This document shows positions 17,321-25,661 of a stretch of DNA of 64,000 nt, piece by piece (the stretch's first letter is position 1; each line of letters begins with the position of its first letter). The stretch is taken from the NCBI GenBank assembly GCA_002427605.1, contig DIRT01000036.1:3717-67716 (forward strand), given 5' to 3'. The stretch is from Bacteroidales bacterium UBA5429. Lineage in GTDB: Bacteria > Bacteroidota > Bacteroidia > Bacteroidales > WCHB1-69. Below the pieces are notes generated by a model, which was given only the letters and a program-made list of their open reading frames with translations, had not been told where the DNA came from and did not search any database. The position numbers and the translations under genes were made by a program.

Positions 17321-20300
17321 ATGAAAAAGTATTTACTATTTTCTTTTTTAAGCGTTTTGTTATCAATGTTTTACGTTGTACAAGCGCAAGAGGAACAAGA
17401 ATGTTGTTTCTGGCTAGAGAATGCCAATCCACACCATCCGGTGTACGATTTGTATTCTCTTAATCCAATCAGTGTGGGTTATAATACGTGGGAGTATTAT
17501 TACTTCAAATTCGAAAATAATTGCAATTTAGACCCACATGACAAGGTTTCTATTGACTGGAGTTTCGAAATGGATGGACAACCTATTGATCTGATTTTGC
17601 TCCAACAATTGGGAGTTGAGATAGAAATGGCAAAACCAAATTGGGTGACTATTCCTAATCATTTTGTACCTAGCGGTCAGTTGCTGTCCGGACAAGGAAC
17701 ATCCTCAGCATTAGGTTGCCCTAATAATACTGACTATCCCGGTGGATTAGGTGGACCTACCTCAAATCTGTTCTGCCCAAATGCTGGATTTACTAGCTAT
17801 TATAAAGTTGGACCAAACGATTTGTATAATTTTATCTATGTTCAATTTCTTGAATATGCATCTGAAAACAATTTAATCAGATTTAAAGTCAATCGTAAGA
17901 ATTATAAAGATTTTAAATTTACATTCAAATTAGTTCTTCGTAAGAATGGAGAAGAATATCAAAATGAATATAGAATTGCTGATGGCACTACACACTACTA
18001 CATTGGTGGTAAATTGTCTCAATTTGATAGAGTTTTATCATCTTTTACACTTGAAGAACAAACTTACTCAGAAGGAGCAATTGGCGTATGTTCAGGAGAA
18101 ACCATTAGCGTTGGTTTAGATCCTGATGGAAACACTTATGATTTTGTTGAAAATGTTTTTATTCCTGGTGAACCTATTACAAGGATAGAAACTGTACCAT
18201 ACTATAACCAAAGTGATGATTGTATCGATTTTATCGATTCTGTTGTTACCTATACTTTGACCTGGAGCCCAATGCCAACTAAACCTACAGCAGAAGATGT
18301 TGTGGTTTGTGGAGCCGGTGATTTGGTTTTTAATGCATCTCATGAATATTCAACACTATATCCTGGCGTTTATGATGATCATATTACATATAATTGGTAT
18401 AGCGATGCTGAGCTAACCACTTTAGTTCACACCGGTGCTACCTATATTTTAGCAGATCAACCTGTGGATACACATGTTGAATTGTGGGTTGCTGCAACCA
18501 TTGCAGGTTGTGAAGGTCCTGCAACACATGTTGTAGGAGATGTGTATAAAATACCTGAAATCACTTTAACTAATCCTGATGTACTTTGTCCTGAAACAGG
18601 AACTAAAGAAATTATTGCAACTATTGCAAATCTTTATACCCCTTATAATGTAACTGCAGTATGGACAGGAGCATCTCAAACCGGTTTTGATGATACCGGT
18701 CTAAATTATGTTATCTATGCTGATGTTGATGTTACTGATGAGTGTAACAAAGAATACTCATACTCTGTTACTATTACTGATGAAAATACAGGATGTTCAG
18801 CTACAGCTTCTTCTTCGTTTATTTTAAATGATACTGAAGCTCCTACATTTACTGCTCCTGCTGATGTTACAGTACATAGAAAAGATGATTGTTCAATAGA
18901 TACTATGGCTACTGCAGCCGGTACAGGTATCCCAACAGATCTTGAAGATAATTGTACAGCAGCAACAGCTCTTGTAGTTACTTATGCCGATTTTATTGAT
19001 GTATCAGGAACTTGTCCAAGCAATATTACCATTACCAGAACCTGGACTGTTACTGACCACTGCGGTAATGCAACTTCAAAAGATCAAGTTATTACCGTTA
19101 TAGATAACACTGCACCAACATTTACTGTTCCTGGTGACATTACTATTTACAGAGATGCTGATTGTAACTATGATGCTGATCCTGACGAAACTGGCAGACC
19201 AACTGCTGTTGCAGATAATTGTACTCCTTTAGCAGAACTTGATGTTGTTTATAATGATGTTCAAGAAACTTCAACTGTTTGCGAAAGTAATCTTACCATT
19301 ACCAGAACCTGGACTGTTACAGACGCATGTGGTAATGCAACTTCAGCTACTCAAACTATTACGGTAGAAGATAATACAGCTCCTACATTTGATGTTCCTG
19401 CTAACATTACTGTGTATAGAGATGCTGATTGTAACTATAATGTAAATCCTGATGAAACAGGCAAACCAACTGCTGTTGCAGATAATTGTACTGCTGCCGA
19501 TGACCTTCAAGTAGTTTATACTGATGTTGTTGCTCAAACTCTTGGTGAGTGTGAGAAAAATCTTACTATTACCAGAACCTGGACTGTTACAGACGAATGT
19601 GGTAATGCAACTTCAAAAGATCAAATTATTACAGTAGAAGATGATACAGCTCCTACATTTACTGCTCCTGTTGATATTGCAATTTGTAAAGATGGTTCAG
19701 GTAATTATGATGCTTCTGTTGCAGTTACCGGAGATATAACAAATGTTGCTGATAATTGTTCAGCAGAAGCTGATATAACTGTAACTCATGTAGATAATTT
19801 AGATCATATTGGCAAGATTGCAGAAGTCGGACGTATTTTAAGAACCTTTACTATTGAAGATGAGTGTGGCAACACTGCTACTCACGTACAAACCATTACT
19901 TTAAATCCTGCTCCTATTGCTACTATAGCAGCAACTCCTGATGATTTCTGTTTACCAACTGATGGTAGTGCACAAGAGGTAGTTGTAACAATAACACCAA
20001 CTACTACCGGAACCTATACATATAGTATTACGGAAACTGAAATTCCTGTTAATGCTACTGATGCAACTGTTACAGTTGATATAGAAGTTTCCGGAGAATA
20101 CACCTTTACAGGAATTATTACAGATACTGAAACCGGTTGTAAATCAGATCCTGTTACTGTAGTTGTGGTAGCTCACGATTTCCCAGACTTTGATATTGAA
20201 ACAATTCAAGATAAAGTGGGTTGTAGAGATGATGTTCCTGAATTTAACGCATCTGTACGTGTAACTCCTAACCCCAATTATACATATTCTATTGAACCAC

Positions 20301-23300
20301 AGGATGATGTTGTATTTAATCCTACAACCTCTGTATTTTCTAATATGTTACTCAAAACATATACTATTACTGCTACTCACAATACCAGTGATTGTGAATA
20401 CAGTCAAGAGTATACAGTTCAATTTAGCGATGCAATGACACCTGAGGCTCAATTGTTATTGAATGGTGAAGATAATGATATCGCTGTATGTTGGACTGCT
20501 GACATGCAAATCACAACTTTGGTTCATGATATGAATAACATTTTAGGACATGAATATTTGTTTAGTATTATTGCACCTACTCACGTTACTGTACACGGAA
20601 GTAACTATATCACAATTGCTCAACCAGGAATTTATTTGATTGGTGGTTCTGTGTTCAATGTGACAACCGGTTGTGGTGATACTACTTGGCACTACGTGTA
20701 TGCTAATGCAATTCCTGATGTGGATATTACTACTACAGGCGCTTGTATAGGTGAGGAGATTACATTGACTGCTAATGCAGCTCCAGCGCTTGCTGATCCT
20801 CATAACTATACCTATAAGTGGACTTCCGACTTAACAGGTGCTACTGTTTTAGGTACTGAAGCTACTTTAACACAAACATTGACCGAAGATGTGACATTCA
20901 CAGTTGAAGTTACTGCTAATTATAATTATCCAGGACTTGATCCTTTCACATGTTCTGCTACTGAAAATATCGATATAGAGCCTTACCCAGCACCAGTGTT
21001 TGAACTAACTAAGTTGAGTTCAGTTGAATTCTGTAACTCTATCACTCTCGGTAAAATTGGAATTAATGATGACGGTTGGGATGCAACTCATACCTGGACT
21101 GCACAATTAGAAGGTGGTGATCCATTTGCCGTAACAACTCAAGAATTTGACGTTGCTGTGGGTGGTACCTATACAGTTACAGCAGTTTCTGAAAATGGAT
21201 GTACATATACACAGACTATTCTTGTTGACTCATTACATGTTGGTTTTGATGCTATCGTTCATGCTTATACTGAACCATTTGTTTATCCGGCTGATCATTC
21301 TGCCGATTTAGCTTTCTGCTGGAGTAATGAAAATAAAACAGTTTGGCACGAGGTTAGATATACCAATAATCCAATCTTTGAATATGAGTATACAATTAAT
21401 ACACCTATACAAATTGCACAACAAAACAACCAGTTTTCTATCGTTACAGAACCCGGTGACTATATGTTAATTGGTTGGGTGATCAATTTAACTACAGGTT
21501 GCAGATCAAAGAATGATACTTTATATGTTTATGCAGTAGAAACTCCAGAATTTGAAAAATCACCAGATCAAAATATCTGCGCTGGTGAAGAGGTTAAGAT
21601 TGGAATTAGACCTACCGGAACATTTGATGTTGAATGGACAGGTAATGGTTTAACTGCATCTACTGATAGTGTTACTATCACTCCTGCAATATATGGTGCT
21701 AATCCTACATATACTGCTACGGTAGGAGTATCAAATAATCATGCTAAGTTAGCATGTACAGTTACAGAACAGGTTGTAATTACAATTAACCCAACTCCTG
21801 AAATTGATGCTGTGGCTGTTACTCATGTTGATTGTCATGGTGACAATACGGGAAAGATTTCTCTTACTGTTACCGGAGGTACCGGTCATACATACGCATG
21901 GGCTTATTCAGAAACTTCAGGTGGCGCTACCACTCCTTTGACTGCAGCTACTAATCCATTAGTAGATATCGTTGCAGGTTACTATACTGTAACTGTAACT
22001 AATGCTGAAGGCTGTGAAGTTGTATCTTCTGAAATTACGGTAAATCAACCTGCTGAAGCTTTAACAGCTACTGTAGTACCTACCAGTCCTCTATGTTCAG
22101 ATGGAACAGGAACGATTGTAGTTACTGCTACCGGTGGAACACCTACATATTCTTATGCATGGGATCCTAATACTTCTGATAATACTGCTACCGTTACCGG
22201 TTTGGCTACAGGTACTTATACTGTTACAGTATCCGATGCTCGTGGTTGTAAATTTATTGGTTCTGCAGATATTGTAATACCAGCTCAAATTGTTAAAGAT
22301 CCTTCATCCACCATCACTGATGTTGCATGCCATGGAGGTTCTACAGGCGCCATTAATTTTGTAGCAACTGGAGGTACAGGAACTTTACAATATTCTATTA
22401 ATTCCGGTTTAACTTATCAAGATAATGGTCTATTTACTGATTTATCTTCTGGAAATTATACTATTACTGTTAAGGATGCAAACAATTGTGTTGTAAACTT
22501 TACTGATCAGATTGTTGATCAACCTTCTGCTGCTTTAACAGCAACTATTACTAAAGTTGACATCAATTGTCATGGTGGAGCAACCGGAGAAGCTACCGTC
22601 AACGCTACAGGTGGAACTACTCCATATGAATATGAATGGTCAACAGGGGCAACTACTGCCGGCATTACAGGATTATCTGCTGGAACTTACGGCGTTACTG
22701 TTACTGACGACAATGATTGTACTTTTGAAACATCTGTGACTATTACTCAATTACCTGAAATTACACTTGCATCTTCATCAATAAAACATGTTGAATGTAA
22801 AGGCACATCTACAGGTGGTATTACAGTGGTTGCACAAGGTGGTTCAGGAACTTTTGAATATAGCATTAATTCCGGTATATATCAAAATAATGGGGTATTT
22901 ACTCTTTTAGCTACCGGTTCTCATGTGATAACTGTAAGAGATGCTAATCATACAACTTGTACAAAGGATTTCAACTTCGTTGTTGAAGAACCAGCTGTTG
23001 CATTAACGCTCAATGCAAGTGTTACTGATCCAATTGCTTGTCACGGTGATGCTGATGCTACAGTAACTTTAATTGCTGCGGACGGATGGGGTAAATATAC
23101 TTATACATTTAATGGCGTAGGAAGTACTACAGGTATATTTACACCTATTGCTGCCGGAACAAATTATGCATACCAAGTTGTAGATAGTCTTGGTTGTGTT
23201 ATTGCCGGTACTTTAGATGTTACTCAACCAGATCAACTTGCTATCACTTCAGCTACAGTAACTGATCCTATCGATTGTTATGGAGAAGAAGCTCAGGTAA

Positions 23301-25585
23301 CAATAGTTGCAACTGGTGGAACAGGTACTCTTACTTATACATTAGGAACACTATCTAATAATACTGGTGTATTCACAGTACCTGCAGGTAATTATGCGTA
23401 CTCTGTAAAAGACGAAAATAATTGTGAAGTTATTTCTACACTAGTTTTTACTGTTATTGAACCGGCTGAACTTACAGTTGATGCTACTATTACAACTCCT
23501 GTTAAATGTTACGGAGACAATGCTACAGTTACTTTAACAGTTGCTGGTGGAACAGGTCCAACCTACACTTATACATTAGGAACACTTACTAATAATGATG
23601 GTGTATTTAACGTACCCGCAGGACTTTATAAATACTGTGTGGAAGACGCTAGTAGATGCGTGACTGATACTGTTGAAATAAATGTTACTCAACCAGACCC
23701 ACTTACTGCTACTGCTGCTGTTACAACACCTATTCTATGTAATGGCGGAAATGCTACTGTTACCATTACTGCTGAGGGTGGTACCGGAGCTTATTCTTAT
23801 ACATTTAATTCCAATACAAATCCAACAGGTGAGTTTACAACTACTGCCGGTACTTATACATACACTGTGAAGGATGAGAATGCATGTGAAACCGCTTCAG
23901 CAACTATAGAGGTTACTCAGCCAGCTGCACTAGATGTTAATCCTGAAATTGTAGATGTAAAGTGTCATGGTGAAGAAACCGGATCAATTAAACTTACTGT
24001 AATCGGTGGTACAACACCTTATCATTATACATGGAGTCCTGCTGCACCAGATACAAATTATATCGAAAATTTATCCGCCGGTACTTATGAAATTACAGTT
24101 ACTGATGATAATGGATGTACCTTTAAGACTTCGTATAATGTTGTTCAGCCTTATAAGATTGAAATCACTTTTGATCCTGTAGGACCTCTTACAATTTGTG
24201 ATGGTACGACAGAGTCTGTTGAAATTACAGTAACTGGTGGTTCCGAAACTTATACATCCTATGAATGGGATAATGGTTTATCAGGAACAATAGTTAACCT
24301 TGGCGTTGGTGTAAATCGTGTTACTGTTACTGACAATGTGGGTTGTATTGGAGTTGACTCAATTACTATTATTGCTTATGATGTACCAACAATTACATCT
24401 GATGAAGATCTACAATATTGTAACAATGCTCCATTTGATGTTATAGCTACATCAACAGCTTCAGGTAATTGGAGTGCGCAATTGTATGATGAAAACGGTT
24501 CTATAGGATCAACACAAATTGCTAACGATGTTACGTCTCTTACATTTAGTGTTGATAATTCTCATAGTGATACTGAATTGTATATAGTATTTACATTTAC
24601 TGATGAAAACGGTTGTGATTATACTCATACTACTAATAAAATTAAGATTTCAACAGAGCCTCTTTTGAGAATCTATTATACACCAGGACCAAATTCGACT
24701 GATAATTATGCTACAATTAATCAGTATGATCCTACACAATTCTACTTCATAGTTGATGACTTGTGCAGTTATGGGGATGACTTACGTTTATCTATCGATT
24801 ATCAAATCTATAAAGATGGAAATTTAGTTGATGCATTCTCTAACTACTTCTCAGAAGCAACCAGTATGAACTTCTATATGGGATTACAAAATACAGGATT
24901 AATGCCTCCAACTTATCAACCAATTGATTATAGCTTGAACCAAGTGGAATCACACTTCCCATATGCAACATCTAATGGCGCAGTTTTGGGTAGCTACCAG
25001 TTTGATTTCTTTACTCTCAGATTCTTGAAAAATCGTGAAGGAACAATTTCTATTGATCACTTCAAAGAACCAGGTGAGTATAGAATTGATTTCCAATTGG
25101 TATCGCACTACAAAGATGCCTTACATAATCAAGCTCATGGAAACCTTGTTTATGTTAATATGAATGGTGGTAGAGTGGGTGGTAACCAATTCTACGAAGG
25201 AACTTACTTTACAAGAGTATGGTCAACCAATAGTATGACATATACAGTTGAACCTGCTGCAGCTCCTGCTCCAACTCAACCTACTGTATATGAAAGAGAT
25301 GAAGCTAAGGATCCAACAACTCTATCTGTAGATATGAGAATTTATCCTAACCCAGCTGCTCCTGCAGGAGATGTGAAGATTGAATTAACTAATCTATCTT
25401 CAAACGGCGTACTTACTATTGCGAATGTTAATGGTCTTGTACTAGAACAATATCAAATACTAGATCTTAATAATCGTCAAGAAATAGTTGTTCGAGTAAA
25501 TGATTACGCTCCCGGTATCTATTTTGTAACATATAGAGCTAAAGAGGGTATCGTTACTAAGAAATTGGTTATTCAATCGAGATAA
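17321..25585 (+). CDS. giant T9SS-secreted adhesin-like protein, paralog of 9797-16678 (CCFW domain, Ig-like modules, 4 HYR-like modules, ~10 SprB-type repeats, C-proximal domain copy, type A sorting domain)
   Basis: 2754-aa ORF with signal peptide ...MFYVVQA|QEEQECCFW. It carries SprB-type repeats (C-H/Y-G-x3-G...GG..PY.Y.W...GL.AG.Y.V.V.D.NGC). The C-terminus is IYPNPAAPAG...GIYFVTY...KKLVIQSR. Confidence 0.85.
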   Translation: MKKYLLFSFLSVLLSMFYVVQAQEEQECCFWLENANPHHPVYDLYSLNPISVGYNTWEYYYFKFENNCNLDPHDKVSIDWSFEMDGQPIDLILLQQLGVEIEMAKPNWVTIPNHFVPSGQLLSGQGTSSALGCPNNTDYPGGLGGPTSNLFCPNAGFTSYYKVGPNDLYNFIYVQFLEYASENNLIRFKVNRKNYKDFKFTFKLVLRKNGEEYQNEYRIADGTTHYYIGGKLSQFDRVLSSFTLEEQTYSEGAIGVCSGETISVGLDPDGNTYDFVENVFIPGEPITRIETVPYYNQSDDCIDFIDSVVTYTLTWSPMPTKPTAEDVVVCGAGDLVFNASHEYSTLYPGVYDDHITYNWYSDAELTTLVHTGATYILADQPVDTHVELWVAATIAGCEGPATHVVGDVYKIPEITLTNPDVLCPETGTKEIIATIANLYTPYNVTAVWTGASQTGFDDTGLNYVIYADVDVTDECNKEYSYSVTITDENTGCSATASSSFILNDTEAPTFTAPADVTVHRKDDCSIDTMATAAGTGIPTDLEDNCTAATALVVTYADFIDVSGTCPSNITITRTWTVTDHCGNATSKDQVITVIDNTAPTFTVPGDITIYRDADCNYDADPDETGRPTAVADNCTPLAELDVVYNDVQETSTVCESNLTITRTWTVTDACGNATSATQTITVEDNTAPTFDVPANITVYRDADCNYNVNPDETGKPTAVADNCTAADDLQVVYTDVVAQTLGECEKNLTITRTWTVTDECGNATSKDQIITVEDDTAPTFTAPVDIAICKDGSGNYDASVAVTGDITNVADNCSAEADITVTHVDNLDHIGKIAEVGRILRTFTIEDECGNTATHVQTITLNPAPIATIAATPDDFCLPTDGSAQEVVVTITPTTTGTYTYSITETEIPVNATDATVTVDIEVSGEYTFTGIITDTETGCKSDPVTVVVVAHDFPDFDIETIQDKVGCRDDVPEFNASVRVTPNPNYTYSIEPQDDVVFNPTTSVFSNMLLKTYTITATHNTSDCEYSQEYTVQFSDAMTPEAQLLLNGEDNDIAVCWTADMQITTLVHDMNNILGHEYLFSIIAPTHVTVHGSNYITIAQPGIYLIGGSVFNVTTGCGDTTWHYVYANAIPDVDITTTGACIGEEITLTANAAPALADPHNYTYKWTSDLTGATVLGTEATLTQTLTEDVTFTVEVTANYNYPGLDPFTCSATENIDIEPYPAPVFELTKLSSVEFCNSITLGKIGINDDGWDATHTWTAQLEGGDPFAVTTQEFDVAVGGTYTVTAVSENGCTYTQTILVDSLHVGFDAIVHAYTEPFVYPADHSADLAFCWSNENKTVWHEVRYTNNPIFEYEYTINTPIQIAQQNNQFSIVTEPGDYMLIGWVINLTTGCRSKNDTLYVYAVETPEFEKSPDQNICAGEEVKIGIRPTGTFDVEWTGNGLTASTDSVTITPAIYGANPTYTATVGVSNNHAKLACTVTEQVVITINPTPEIDAVAVTHVDCHGDNTGKISLTVTGGTGHTYAWAYSETSGGATTPLTAATNPLVDIVAGYYTVTVTNAEGCEVVSSEITVNQPAEALTATVVPTSPLCSDGTGTIVVTATGGTPTYSYAWDPNTSDNTATVTGLATGTYTVTVSDARGCKFIGSADIVIPAQIVKDPSSTITDVACHGGSTGAINFVATGGTGTLQYSINSGLTYQDNGLFTDLSSGNYTITVKDANNCVVNFTDQIVDQPSAALTATITKVDINCHGGATGEATVNATGGTTPYEYEWSTGATTAGITGLSAGTYGVTVTDDNDCTFETSVTITQLPEITLASSSIKHVECKGTSTGGITVVAQGGSGTFEYSINSGIYQNNGVFTLLATGSHVITVRDANHTTCTKDFNFVVEEPAVALTLNASVTDPIACHGDADATVTLIAADGWGKYTYTFNGVGSTTGIFTPIAAGTNYAYQVVDSLGCVIAGTLDVTQPDQLAITSATVTDPIDCYGEEAQVTIVATGGTGTLTYTLGTLSNNTGVFTVPAGNYAYSVKDENNCEVISTLVFTVIEPAELTVDATITTPVKCYGDNATVTLTVAGGTGPTYTYTLGTLTNNDGVFNVPAGLYKYCVEDASRCVTDTVEINVTQPDPLTATAAVTTPILCNGGNATVTITAEGGTGAYSYTFNSNTNPTGEFTTTAGTYTYTVKDENACETASATIEVTQPAALDVNPEIVDVKCHGEETGSIKLTVIGGTTPYHYTWSPAAPDTNYIENLSAGTYEITVTDDNGCTFKTSYNVVQPYKIEITFDPVGPLTICDGTTESVEITVTGGSETYTSYEWDNGLSGTIVNLGVGVNRVTVTDNVGCIGVDSITIIAYDVPTITSDEDLQYCNNAPFDVIATSTASGNWSAQLYDENGSIGSTQIANDVTSLTFSVDNSHSDTELYIVFTFTDENGCDYTHTTNKIKISTEPLLRIYYTPGPNSTDNYATINQYDPTQFYFIVDDLCSYGDDLRLSIDYQIYKDGNLVDAFSNYFSEATSMNFYMGLQNTGLMPPTYQPIDYSLNQVESHFPYATSNGAVLGSYQFDFFTLRFLKNREGTISIDHFKEPGEYRIDFQLVSHYKDALHNQAHGNLVYVNMNGGRVGGNQFYEGTYFTRVWSTNSMTYTVEPAAAPAPTQPTVYERDEAKDPTTLSVDMRIYPNPAAPAGDVKIELTNLSSNGVLTIANVNGLVLEQYQILDLNNRQEIVVRVNDYAPGIYFVTYRAKEGIVTKKLVIQSR
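18826..19905 (+). repeat. four tandem ~267-270-bp HYR-like coding repeats
   Basis: Units start at ~18826, 19103, 19370 and 19640. Units 2 and 3 share long identical runs, including ATTACCAGAACCTGGACTGTTACAGACG, TGTGGTAATGCAACTTCA, AGAGATGCTGATTGTAACTATA and CCAACTGCTGTTGCAGATAATTGTACT. Confidence 0.85.
21800..24150 (+). repeat. array of ~10 SprB-type repeats (~78 aa each)
   Basis: The repeats start at VTHVDCHGDNTGK, PTSPLCSDGTGT, ITDVACHGGSTGA, KVDINCHGGATGE, IKHVECKGTSTGG, VTDPIACHGDADA, VTDPIDCYGEEAQ, ITTPVKCYGDNAT, VTTPILCNGGNAT and IVDVKCHGEETGS. Confidence 0.75.
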
Positions 25586-25602
25586 TCAAAGATATAATTA
25601 CT

Positions 25603-25634
25603 AAAAAGGGTTGGGTCACCAACCCTTTTTTTTT
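25603..25634 (+). terminator. Rho-independent terminator of giant gene 2
   Basis: AAAAAGGGTTGG-GTCA-CCAACCCTTTTTTTTT. Confidence 0.75.
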
Positions 25635-25636
25635 AC

Positions 25637-25644
25637 TATCTTTG
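25637..25644 (+). promoter_or_regulatory. -7 box TATCTTTG for the ABC exporter/trmB unit
   Basis: It lies immediately after the terminator and 18 nt before ATG 25662. Confidence 0.55.
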
Positions 25645-25661
25645 CACCTAAATTTAATTCA

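Noticed and set aside
10334-23870. Numerous 60-95-aa ORFs antisense to or out of frame with the two giant genes (for example 11314-11526, 13832-14113, 14362-14607, 20543-20803, 22557-22739 and 23682-23870)
   Set aside because: They are embedded in long, uninterrupted, repeat-structured coding frames. Their translations are low-complexity mirror images (S/N/I/C-rich) with no start context.
25611-25661. Upstream TTG start (25611) for the ABC exporter
   Set aside because: The extension is translated from the giant-gene terminator hairpin and the TATCTTTG promoter box. ATG 25662 gives a normal N-terminus.
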